Notes under the pieces: model-generated
Told to the model about the DNA's origin: nothing
What the model saw: the letters and a program-made list of their open reading frames with translations, nothing else
Databases searched by the model: none
Shown here: piece after piece, positions 1 through 11,203 of the stretch
Numbering within the stretch: the first letter of the stretch is position 1
Layout of the letters: every line of letters begins with the position of its first letter
Program-made: the position numbers and the translations under genes
Origin: Zancudomyces culisetae HAW-14-8
Taxonomy: Eukaryota; Fungi; Kickxellomycota
Assembly (NCBI GenBank): GCA_052426225.1
Contig: JBNJNM010000013.1
Location: forward strand, 124,001 to 188,000
Direction: 5' to 3'
DNA: 64,000 nt

Positions 1-650
1 CAGCACGTCCACCTGCGCTTCTAAATGCCAAAGATGCAATAGAGCTTTGTAACTTGACGCGGGATAACAGACTATATGGGTTGGGGCCGATAGTTGTGTT
101 TGGTGAAAACGCGACAACCAATGGTGAAGGGTTATTACAACCATTACCAATCCTCAGCAGCATTAGCATAAATATGGATGAAGAGACGCGACTCGGGATA
201 TACGGGCTAAAATATATGTACAAACGATTTTCGCCAACTTATACGAATGGTAGTCGTGTGCGCCACTTTTTAAGATTACTTGGACAGGTATACAACACGT
301 TAGTTGTGCGATTTGTAGATCCACAGGATTGTCCACAGCCATATGACTATAGTATATCTGAATCAAACAGCGGGGAGAAACAGACCAAGAGTAGAGGTAA
401 AAGCAAAGGCGCAAAGGGTAAAGGGAAGGAGGGAGGAAAAGGAAAGGGAAAAGGCAAAGGGAAGGGTCAGAGTGCGGGTATTGAAAGCGAGGAGGATGAA
501 AATGTAAATATTGCGGATAACGCAAATGACAACAGTGGGATTGATCAAGAAATATCAAATATTATATCGACAATAACAAGGACGCGACAAACTCGATTGA
601 CAGCAGTTGACAAGTTGGATTTTCTAAAATACTATGAATCTAAAAACTAG
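1..650 (+). CDS. 3' end of an unidentified protein-coding gene running in from the left edge, with a GK-rich and acidic low-complexity tail
   Basis: The frame is open from position 3 to TAG at 650 (ARPPALLNAKDAIELCNLTRDNRLYGLGPIVVFG...). It has a globular-looking segment followed by KGKG repeats. Family not recognised. Confidence 0.7.
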   Translation, partial: ARPPALLNAKDAIELCNLTRDNRLYGLGPIVVFGENATTNGEGLLQPLPILSSISINMDEETRLGIYGLKYMYKRFSPTYTNGSRVRHFLRLLGQVYNTLVVRFVDPQDCPQPYDYSISESNSGEKQTKSRGKSKGAKGKGKEGGKGKGKGKGKGQSAGIESEEDENVNIADNANDNSGIDQEISNIISTITRTRQTRLTAVDKLDFLKYYESKN

Positions 651-703
651 AGGAACTACCAACTACCACTTAATAAAGCGACACAAACAAGCAAAAAAGT
701 TAT

Positions 704-1758
704 TTACAAAAAGGAAAGAGTAAAAGAGTTGCCACTGGTACCATTGTTATCTGTAGTGGGTGTGAGGGAAATAGATAGGTTTTTCAAGAAAGATTTTGAC
801 TTTTTCTTGCCAAATTTTCTTTCAAGTTTCTTTTGAACTTTGGAAAATTTGACGGTTCGAAGAGATACGGGTTCGTTGGTATTTTTATCCTTTGATTTTG
901 ATTTTGACTTTGATTTTGAGGATTGCTCAGAAGACAATAAACATGATTTAAAGAAGGAAAGAATTTCATTTTGACCCTTGTTTTCGGTTTGGGTGGTACC
1001 TACGTTCGCGTTGGTAATACGTTCACCTGATTCGTCAAGGTTGAGTTTGGCATGTTCGATGGTCTTTTCAGTGTTGATTTGTGTGAGTTTTGTGCCCAAA
1101 TCTGAGACGATATTGCCGGTACTTGTAAATGGATTCTTTGTATTTGCGGCGGTGTTATTCTTTTTAGTATTTTCGTTTTGCTTCTGGTTTTGCTTCTGGT
1201 TTTGGTTTTGGTTTTGCTTCTGGTTTTGGTTGTTTTGATTCTGTGCTTGGTTTTTGTTATTTTGTTTCTTGTTGTTTCCCTTCTAGAAGAATATAAATAA
1301 TAAATTGTCAACCATATACTCTTAAATCAGTAAGAAATCATAGAAAAAAAATTTTGCAATACAATAAAGGAAATATGACATACAGTATAAAGACTCTTCA
1401 TATATTTTTGTTCCTCCGAAATGCAAGTAGTGTGGGCGCGATATCCATTATCCACAAAATCCGTGTTGCAATCGATACAAGTAAATCCCGCAAAGTGACC
1501 ATACTTGGCTTGACAACGTTGTCTGTGCTGATCGAGCTTTGGTTTTTTGAGTGTCTCTTGACAAGCGTTACAAACTAATTGATTGTTTAATTATTCAAGT
1601 AAATGTATATTTTTTTTTTCATAAAGGGATCGAGGTAATAGTTAATGAATACAATATAAATATAGTCAGTTTATATATATAGTTAATCGAGTATACTGGG
1701 AAAAAAGGTGGTGGTGGTATTGGTGGTGGGGGAAAAAAAACTTACCAAATGATACCAT
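704..1758 (-). CDS. LYAR-type C2HC zinc-finger nucleolar protein (YCR087C-A-like), 3 exons: ~1746-1758, 1384-1574, 704-1282
   Basis: Spliced translation is MVSFVCNACQETLKKPKLDQHRQRC...FTCIDCNTDF...YRAHTTCISEEQKY, the LYAR N-terminal signature. Donors are GTAAG and GTATGT, acceptors are TAG. The C-terminal part is N/Q/K-rich. Confidence 0.9.
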
Positions 1759-2490
1759 TTTTTTTCTTGTGCTGGTTTCTGGTTTCTATTAAATATTGTA
1801 ATGATACAAGTATTGTATTCTATAATCTGGGTTAAATGCAAAATCCTAGTATAGTTTGGTTATTTCCTCGGGCCAAGTTAAGCTTGATTGAAGACTTTTG
1901 GATTCTGTTTAAAATAAATGTTTGATTTGTATATATATTTTATATGATTAATATCATGTGTTTATTACATTAGCCCAAATCCATATAAATTGGAAAAAAA
2001 AAATTTTTTTTTTTTGCTATTGTGGTGATACTTGTAAATTATCAGGTGCTAATCAAAAATACACATATAAAGTAAAGATGTGGTGCTGAGGCAACCAGCA
2101 TCCGTGATGATTAACCTGAACAAAATTAAAAATTAGAAAAAAAAAGAAAAGGAAAAAAAAAAGAAAAAACAAATCATGAAAATTTTCCAATATTGAAGTC
2201 AAGTTTCTTCCACTCCCTTCGCTCTCCTCTGGATTAAACCTTGATTGGAAAAGCGGGACAGGTTTTGTGAAGTGGAAACAGGTGCAATAAAGTAAAGAAA
2301 AAACAACATACGTGGAGTTATAAATACAATTAAAATTATATTTAACAGCAGCCATAAAGCGTGTGTGTTTTATAAAGTATTAAACCAGCTTAAATACCAT
2401 AAAACAAAATAAAACAAAGTAATATACACTTTGGTATACCAAAAAAAGAAAAGCCCAAGTATAAAAAACTAGATCAAAAGATAAAATAAA

Positions 2491-4256
2491 ATGGAAAGTG
2501 ATAAACCAACAACAGATACAAGCACGAGCACCAGCATTAGCACAAATACAGATACAAATACCAAAACTAAAACTAAAATGACCGCTGAACAAACAAACGC
2601 AATCCGCGACTTGATTGAACGTCTCGGAGGCCAATACACGCTTTTTGATACTGACTCTGATGCTCCTAATGGCTCTGAGTCAGGTTCTACATCTGCTAGC
2701 ACGAAAAAAGCTCACGAATTTTGGGATACACAACCTGTACAACGTCAAGGTATTCATTTTGCTATTATCTTAATCTATTTTTTTTTGATTTTGTATTTTT
2801 GAAACAAAAATTTAATGCTTAATAATGCCTGTAATAGACAGGAAAATCGCCAAGGACGGGCCAATTCACCCAGATATTCCGCTCGAAAAGGTACCACGCG
2901 AACCAGTTACACTACCAGAGGGTTACTATTGGTCTGAAATCAATGTCGATGACGAAGCTCAGGTAAGAGATTGAAAGTGTTTATTTTATTAGAAAACAAC
3001 GAAAAATGAAAGGAAAAAAAGTGGAGAGAGGGGGGAGAAAGTAGCCTAGGAAATCTAACAAAAAAAAACAACAATATCCATTATAGTTAAAGGAAATCCA
3101 CAACCTATTGTCAGTCAACTATGTTGAGGACGTTGATGAAATGTTCCGGTTTAAATATTCAGCAGATTTTCTAATTTGGGCACTAAAGTCTCCAGGATAT
3201 AGAAGCGAGTGGAATATCGGAATCCGAAATACAGGCAACAAAGAACTACAGGGATTTGTCAGCGGTACCGAAATGGATCTGCGAGTAAACGAAACAAATC
3301 GGCTCAAGATGACAGAAATCAACTTTTTGTGCCTGAGCAAGAAACTGCGTAAGAGCCGAATGGCACCACTGCTTATCAAGGAAATCACACGGCGCACGCA
3401 CCTTAAGGGGATATTCCAGGCACTGTACACGGCAGGAGTCCGACTTCCAACACCGTTTACAATCTGCCAATATTACCACCGACCACTGAACATCCGTAAG
3501 CTGGTAGACACAGGATTCTCCAAAGTACCACCAGGAAGCAGCCTCAGTGCACTGGTTGCACACTACGACCTGAAGGCGAATATATATGGCGAGGAAAAGC
3601 TGATAGGACAATTGGGAGGTAACGTACGGGTACGGCCAATGCAAGCAAAGGACGTGCCACAGGTCCGCAAGCTGCTGAACAGGTATCTACGCGCTCGCAG
3701 CCGGATGCATCCAGTCTTTGATAATGATGAAACGGTGGGACACTGGCTCCTACCCCGAACACACACGGTGTACAGCTACGTAGTGGAGGAGATCCACGCC
3801 GGCACAAACAATCCTACAGGAAAGGTGCTGGACATGATATCGTTCTACATGCTGCCCAGCACCGTGCTTAGTGACAGCAAACACAGCCATGTCAACTGTG
3901 CATACCTCTTTTATTACTGCGTCAATCCTGAACCAGTGACTGTAGAATCGTGCCAGTCTCACGGAATCGATCCCACAGGCTTGTCCAAAACTGCTCTACG
4001 TTCACGCATCAAGGCCAGCAACTCGGAGCTGGTTGCAGACCGCGTTCGTACGCTGATGACATATGCACTGGGGTTGGCTAAGCGTGATGCCCATGCAGAT
4101 GTATTTAACTGTGTCGACATGTTAGATAACAATAGCTTTGTAGACCAGCTACGGTTTGGCCGCGGCGATGGATTTTTGCATTACTATTTCTACAACTGGC
4201 AACTGGGCTCAAATTCGGCTTTGACTCAGCGCGACGTTGGTTTGTTCATGCTGTAG
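2491..4256 (+). CDS. NMT1: Glycylpeptide N-myristoyltransferase; exons ~2491-2749, 2838-2962, 3087-4256
   Basis: Motifs HEFWDTQPV, NYVEDVDEMFRFKYS, EINFLCLSKKLR..RMAPLLIKEITRR, YYHRPLN, FGRGDGFLHYYFYNW and C-terminal VGLFML. Introns are GT-AG. Confidence 0.97.
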
Positions 4257-4323
4257 TTCTTTTCTTGTCTTTTCTTTTCTTCTCCCTTCTTTGTTTTCTT
4301 TTCTCTTCTTTTATTTTTAGGTT

Positions 4324-6227
4324 TTACTCGGTCAGTAATTCTACAATTTTGCCTACCCCACGTGTCCTGCCTTCACGGAAGATGATCTTCGATCCAATCT
4401 CCAAATACTCAGGCCGCTGCAGAAACCGGAATACCACCCGAGCCCGGTCGCCTGTCCGCAACGCTTCATCACCACCAACCTTCTCCTGCCGGATTTGCAC
4501 CACTCGCGCAGTCTGGCGCACTGCTCGGCAGTGCAAAACTGCTTGGTAGTTGGGCGAAATCGTTGTAGTATGGTACAGAATTAGCACCTCTGCTTCAAAT
4601 CGCCAGTATGCACGTGGTTCAGCATCTGCCGCTGTCAATATCATTCCCTTACGCAGACTACTCCGCGCCACCTTTTTCAAATTCAAACTCGCCGACTGGC
4701 CTGCATATACCACTGGCACGTTGACCCGGTTATAATGCAGCGACTTGACCTGCACTGCCCCAAACCGCCCAAACTCGTCTGGCCCCAGTTGCATTGTATC
4801 GCCTGCAGATATCACCCCTTGTCGCACTACTCCGCTCACCACTGTTCCTACAAACGGCACTGAAAATGTCTCGCGTATTTCCAGGAGTGCTGATGCTGCC
4901 CGACTGTATTCTCTACTCGCCGGTACCAAATTCAGAAACACCCGCAGTTGCTCCATTCCGCGCCCATCTACACTACTGATCTGGAATATTGGACACCGCT
5001 TGCTACCTGCTGTTCCACACTGCATTGCCGCCAGCACTGCATCCCCCGTTGTCCGCACCAGCATTGGCTGTTTGCGACTACCTGCACTCTTCAACACCTT
5101 CACTACCTGTCGTACCGTCGACTCTTGTACATTCGCTGGACTCATGTCTATTTTGGTAATCACCACAAACACCGGAATATTCAGTGCTATACACAGCCCC
5201 AAATGCTCCTTTGCCATCCCTATCATCCCCGCATTGCTGCCCACCACTAACATTCCATACTCTGGCTGTCCCCCTGCTAGCCCAAATACTGTTGTCCGCA
5301 AATATTTCTCGTGCCCTGCCAAGTCTTGGAACACTATTACTTTTGCTGCCCGCTTGCATATCTCGTTCCATTCCAATTTTCTCTCGCTGCTAATCACTTC
5401 TCCGCTCTCTCGATCAAATCCCATCACCTCCATCCCTATACTCGACGTTCGCCCTGTCTCTTGCTCGTGCCTGTGCCGAAATATACTTGATCTTGCACTG
5501 CCTCGCCCATTGTCCAATTTATTGCGCGTCAGCACTCCCAACACCGTCGACTTTCCCGCGTCTACGTTTCCCATAATTGCCATCCGTACCTCCACCACAT
5601 CCTCTACTCTCTCAACTCTCCTCCGAATCAAATAGTATACCATTTGATTTTTGCTGCCTCCTTTCTTCTCATTCCTACCTAACCCCACACCCTCTCCCTC
5701 TTCAACTCCCTTTTCTGCCCCTTCGCCATCCTGATACACCTTCGTACACGTCGCCTTTATCCTTTCATCCTTTACTATCTCCTCCAATGTCTTGCTGACC
5801 TGTTCTATCTCTTTGTCTGTCAGATTCATTTCTGCACCATCGTCTATTATTTTTAACCGAACACACACACACACACCATTCGTTTTATTTTCATCTTTTT
5901 TCATAAATTTTATGTTTTTACTACTACCAGTATTTACTTACCCTCTACTCCCACACTAAATATTATCTGTTTTCCTTCTTTATCCATCAACTCTGAAATA
6001 CGCCCTACTAACTCCTCCTTATCCTGCTCGTTTGGGTTTACCAATTGCTTTCTCAGTCTGCTTTTCTCCGTGTCTGACGCTGCATCCTCATATCCATCCT
6101 CGGCCTCCGCTACATTTCGTTCCTGCGCTGACACTCTACTGTTCTCATCCTCATTCAGCGTGATTTTAGCTATTTGCGCCTGTATGGTGCTTATATCCAC
6201 CTTGTACTTGTTGCTCAAAGTCTCCAT
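4324..6227 (-). CDS. GTPBP1: GTP-binding protein 1/2-like translational GTPase; exons 5942-6227 and 4324-5843
   Basis: GNVDAGKST P-loop, RHRHEQETGRTSS, DLAGHEKYLRTT, TKID and C-terminal FREGRTRGVG. The intron joins ORF 5934-6227 to ORF 4324-5904 in frame (..VE/DDGA..). Confidence 0.93.
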
Positions 6228-6490
6228 TTCCTACATTTACTCTTTTTTTCCTTTCCTCTGCGCTTTCTGGCTTGCTTTTATTGGTATAATATATATATTC
6301 GTTTTATAGTTCCTTTTTTCCGTTATATTTGGCTATATACTTTGGCTAATACTGGTGCTATTATTACGCTTTTACCTATCTGTATTTTATTTTACACGCT
6401 TTTACACACTTTAAGCATATTTAAACCATACCACGAAATTAGTAATCTTGATTGTGATAGGCTGGACCTACAACAATACTCGTGCTTTTT

Positions 6491-6560
6491 TATTTCTATT
6501 TCTATTTCTATTTCTATTTCTATTTCTATTTCTATTTCTATTTCTATTTCTATTTCTATT
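6491..6560. repeat. (TATTTC)n hexanucleotide microsatellite
   Basis: About 11 perfect copies visible in the sequence. Confidence 0.95.
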
Positions 6561-9077
6561 ACCTCCACTTTTTGTGATTATTTCCCTTATTTTTTGTCTA
6601 GTTTTACCTGAGAATTGATTGAGTAAATCAAGAACCAATTCGCTTTCTTTTATTAAACACTGTAAAATTTTACCGCTTTTTGCTTCTCTTGCTTACATGC
6701 TTGTTGGGTTTTGCCTATATATTTATTTATTTTGGCTCATCAAGTCCCCATTATTACCTATTTATTCCTTTTTTTGAAATTTCATTTTTGTTTCGTTTCA
6801 GAACTTTTACTCAATTCTCTACATTTTTTCCGCAGCTCCAAGCATTGGTTTTCCCCATCCAAATGAAAGTAAAGAAAAATATATTACAATACTAGTATTT
6901 TCACATCACAAACTAGAAATAAAGATCAAACTGTAGAATTTTTGCTTTTTTTTTACATGTCACTAAACCCCTTGTCCCGTTTCTTTTTTTGTAGTGGATT
7001 AATACATTAGTATTATAATAACAACATATTAGCGGTAGTAGGGGTAAGCAGTCGTGGTAAGTAATACTAAAAAATCATGTTACGCATTGTATTTAGCCGT
7101 ATTCTTAATGACCTGTTACTGCAACAACGTGACACGTTTTAAAATATGTATACACATAACACTAATACGTATTTACTCTTCTAATTACCCCCCATCTAAA
7201 AACAACAAGGAAAAAATATCATCCTGTTTATTCCGCTCTTCCTCACAACTGCCTCCTTCCCCCATCACCTCTTTGTCCCTCACCCCTGATGCTTTTTTTC
7301 CTTTTCTCATATTTATATTTTCACAACCTTTTGTCGTTATTTTTTAAATCTTCAATTCTCTCATCAAACATTCCATCAGAATTATAATGTTCATAGAACA
7401 CAACTATAACTGGATGCGATGTATAATAGTCCCGAATGCTGTTTAAGAGAAAAAAAAAAGATACACAAACATGTACACTCACAGAGCATATCCCTATTTT
7501 TCTATTCGATCATCACTTGTTTAATCTGTTTTCTCTAAACTGTACTACACCCACCCATCCATGATGACGGATTATTAGCCTTTCTATACGCAGTAGATTT
7601 TGTTTATTTTATTATCACACCATTTCTTCAAACCACATCGCATTCACACATTCATATCATCCTATCTATAGTAACCCAGTTACTTTGTTGTTTAACACTT
7701 TGCGCAGCTTTCAACTTGAGAAGAGATGATACGTTCTAGTATAGTTCTCTCGCTTTTCTTTTGACCATTTTTTTTTAATTCTATTTTTTCACCCATATAG
7801 ATTTGTTACCATTTAGAAAATCTTCCTTTCCTCATCCCCCTCCCCTTTGATTAACCAGTGTGGGTTCATACCACAAAGTGACTCCTCAAATTCATGCAAA
7901 CATATATATACATTTTAAAGATTCATGCGATATTAAAAATATCAAGAAAATATTACAAGATTTATAATACCTTACTCTCCTCACCCGCTTTCTTAATAAT
8001 AAAAAAAGGTGTTGATCGTGCGAATGAATGAGTGTGAGAGAGGTTGGCTTTTACCACATCTCACCCCCCCCCCCCCCCTTCTCCCATATTTTAATATCTA
8101 CTTATACAAACTGAACCCACAAAATCATGCACATACAACATGTATTTTTTTTTGCATAAAATTTAAACTACCAAAAATATGCTCTGCAGTAACAACATGG
8201 CAGCACTTGTGGTAATAATGCTACCTATCAATTTTGAATTTTGAACCTTCAACAACTTTGAAATAAATGCAAGCTAAGCCACATCGTACTCCCTCCTTTC
8301 TCACTTGATTTCAGTTATTTCTCCTAGTTGTGGCGTTGGATATTGATAATGATGCAGTATTTATTTTTACATGTATAACTATGTCCACCTTTTTATGGAA
8401 CTCCCTTCTCTTAGAATATCACTCGAAAACGTAAAAAGAAAAGAAAAAAAGCGCTTTGGTACGCATTATTCTTGAATTGTGTTGCTCCTATAACTCGTTC
8501 AATTAACCCAAGCTCTTTTACTTTCAACACCACACTCCCTCCCTCTCTCACCCCCTCCGTTTATTTCTCAACTAGGCATTGATTAATTGATTGGTAAATT
8601 CTGCTGCATTTCCATATCATTCCAATTCATGCTATTTATTCTGGTAGCCCTATTTTAATTAACACCAATAATAGTAGAATTCAATAAACCTAAAAGTATC
8701 GCTTTGGTAAATATGCGCTTTTAGCTTTATCTTTATCTCAGTAACCGTGATGCTTGTACACTGATATTCATATTGCTTTTGTATAGCTATATTTTGTGTG
8801 TTTGTTCTTTTAACCATGTTACTAACCAGGGCTCTCTTACGGATATAAAAGGTCAACAAAATTCCATACATCTTCTATTTATCTTCAACTTAGGAACAGT
8901 TGTTATTAAACTGCATATTGCACTCTTTCATAAGCATATTCTCTACACTAACCTTTTTTGCATTCAGCAATAAACAAAATCATTTAATTCATTTGAGTTA
9001 AAAAGTAAAAAATATATATATCACTAGTATTACTGATACTAAACTAAATATCAATACCCACAACACACATTAAAAAA

Positions 9078-9425
9078 ATGTACGCAAAATCAATTATTTC
9101 AGTATTCACACTTTTGGCCGTTGCCAGCGCACACCCCACTTATGGAAATGAAGGCGATGTTGCTCCAAATGGTGTCGAACAGGCTATCAATCTCCATGCT
9201 GCCGCTGCCGCACCAGCCAAGACCCAGAAACCCGAACAAGTGCAGAGCATCGCTGATCGCTCCGACCAACTGCTCAGTTTGGTTGTGGGCGTCATTAATC
9301 CAAAATCCAAGCGACCAGACCGCAACAGACTCACCAGACCACCTGTCCCAAAACCATCCAAAACCAGCCTTAAGAAACGTGAAGATCACACAGAGTATGA
9401 ATACATAACCCAATATCCTATGTAA
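9078..9425 (+). CDS. Small secreted orphan protein (115 aa)
   Basis: AAAAAATG start context, signal peptide MYAKSIISVFTLLAVASA|HP, coding-like GC content against AT-rich flanks, dibasic KR sites. Confidence 0.8.
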   Translation: MYAKSIISVFTLLAVASAHPTYGNEGDVAPNGVEQAINLHAAAAAPAKTQKPEQVQSIADRSDQLLSLVVGVINPKSKRPDRNRLTRPPVPKPSKTSLKKREDHTEYEYITQYPM

Positions 9426-10042
9426 ACTCAGTTGTGTATTGGATTTTTACGTATACTGTGTACACCACAATCGATTCTCTCCTTTATTTGTAAACATTAT
9501 GAACCAAAAAGGGGCCTTTGGAGGGAACTGTATATTTATACACATGTGTACTTTTTGAAAAAAAATTTTAGGGGGGGGCGAAGAGTCTATACTTTACATA
9601 TATATACATATTTACTTTTTAACATATATCACATTACATTGCACTTAATATCATTACACTATCACATTTAGCTTTCAATATTTCGCATTAACCATTGGAG
9701 TTTTATTCTTTGTTTTGAACAAATAATAAATACAAATACACATTGCATCATTATCGTCAATACACCTCATATCATTATTGTCAAAAAAGAAGAGATGCCT
9801 TTCAAAGCCGAGTGCCGTATTTGATATTTGGTTGTGGTAAGATGGTACCATGGTGTTTAAAGTTCAATTGTATAATTTATTCAAAACAATAAATTTATAA
9901 GATATAAGAACAGATGCTACAAATATCACGCAACTTGAAAAATGATTAGAAAAAAATATGTTGCTTCGCCCATCCGCCTGTTTTTCGCCCTTAACTATTC
10001 ACACAAACACGCCCATTTGTATTTTACAAGGTGAGGTTTTTT

Positions 10043-11203
10043 TTAGGCCCATTTGCCTATAACCGCCATTGCAGCGGCGCCTAGGTACATAGCAATAAAG
10101 CACATTGACCTGAATGATGCCTTTCTCTGTGTAAAGCTGGTGTCGTTGAATTCCTCAACCATCAGGCAGCTCAGAGAAGTGTATAACAGAATACCACTTG
10201 ATATAGATTCCAACACACCAATGGTAATGAGACCTGATAGCGATTCCAAGCTAACAGTGCTGTGTATTATTATCCCGATTGCCTGCCCGATAGGGGTACT
10301 AACCATATACAAAAATGCGCTCATGTATTTCAGAAGTGCACCTCTTGAACCATTGCTATTTCCCTGAGATTTATCATTATGGGTCCCGTACGTGTTATGA
10401 AGTCTTTCTCCTATCGCTATTCCTTCAAAAAACTGGTGAAAAGCAATGGCTATCGTCAATGCCCAGAGTTGGTTTGCACCAGCCATGCCCAAGGTTAGCC
10501 CTATTATGATACTGTGCGATACCAGTCCCAATTCTAAAAGATATACCGATACAAGTTTGGCTTTTCCCTCTCGAGACTTGTGGTTATGATTGCTATGTGA
10601 CATATCGTGCTGTGTCATGATTTCAGCGCTATCGCTCGCTCCTGATGAATCAACTACGACATCTTCGCCTTTGGACAAAACGCCTCCATGCCCGTGTGAA
10701 TGTCCATGTGAGTGCCCGTGAGAGTGTCCAATAATAGTAACTTGGTTCAGGTGTTGATGTCCATGCGATTCGTCGCCATCGCAGTGCGCATCATTGATGC
10801 GCGAGAACTTGTAGTCAATCAAATGCATGGCAAACATTGCAAGGATACAAATGACCCCAGGCCAGGCTTCATAGTCTCCCATTGCGTGTACTACTTCTTC
10901 ATGACCAAGGTTTGCGGTGGCACCTGAGTATATGTGCACTATAGCAGTACAAATAATGACTCCTATTCCAAAGAATTTTCCCAAAATCAACATGTCCACT
11001 ATAGATCTACTTTTGCTCAGCACGCCTAAAATTATCGGTAGGAACACACCCGCTCCGCCAACAGCAAGAATGATAAATAAAGATATCACATTTGATGTGA
11101 CACTAAACTCATCGTCTGAATCATGATCTCCTCCAGCGCCATGAGCGCTTACCAAGGCTGACGTTATAGCCAAAACCAACAACCTGCTCTTTAACCATTC
11201 CAT
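10043..11203 (-). CDS. ZRT1: ZIP-family zinc/iron transporter (Zrt1-like)
   Basis: Motifs KFFGIGVIICTAIVH, LELGLVSHSIIIG, FHQFFEGIAIG, TPIG, SGILLY and MAVIGKWA. His-rich loop GHSHGHSHGHSHG. Confidence 0.95.
   Translation of the reverse strand: MEWLKSRLLVLAITSALVSAHGAGGDHDSDDEFSVTSNVISLFIILAVGGAGVFLPIILGVLSKSRSIVDMLILGKFFGIGVIICTAIVHIYSGATANLGHEEVVHAMGDYEAWPGVICILAMFAMHLIDYKFSRINDAHCDGDESHGHQHLNQVTIIGHSHGHSHGHSHGHGGVLSKGEDVVVDSSGASDSAEIMTQHDMSHSNHNHKSREGKAKLVSVYLLELGLVSHSIIIGLTLGMAGANQLWALTIAIAFHQFFEGIAIGERLHNTYGTHNDKSQGNSNGSRGALLKYMSAFLYMVSTPIGQAIGIIIHSTVSLESLSGLITIGVLESISSGILLYTSLSCLMVEEFNDTSFTQRKASFRSMCFIAMYLGAAAMAVIGKWA

Noticed and set aside
4745-5635. Long antisense ORFs over GTPBP1 (likewise 51310-52923 over the KH gene and 60418-61500 over PRP5)
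   Set aside because: They are codon-aligned antisense frames of conserved genes with no independent motifs, a common codon-usage artefact.
7698-7708. CTTTGCGCAG similar to the 5' end of U4 snRNA
   Set aside because: The similarity does not extend further, and there is no U4 5' stem-loop or Sm site.
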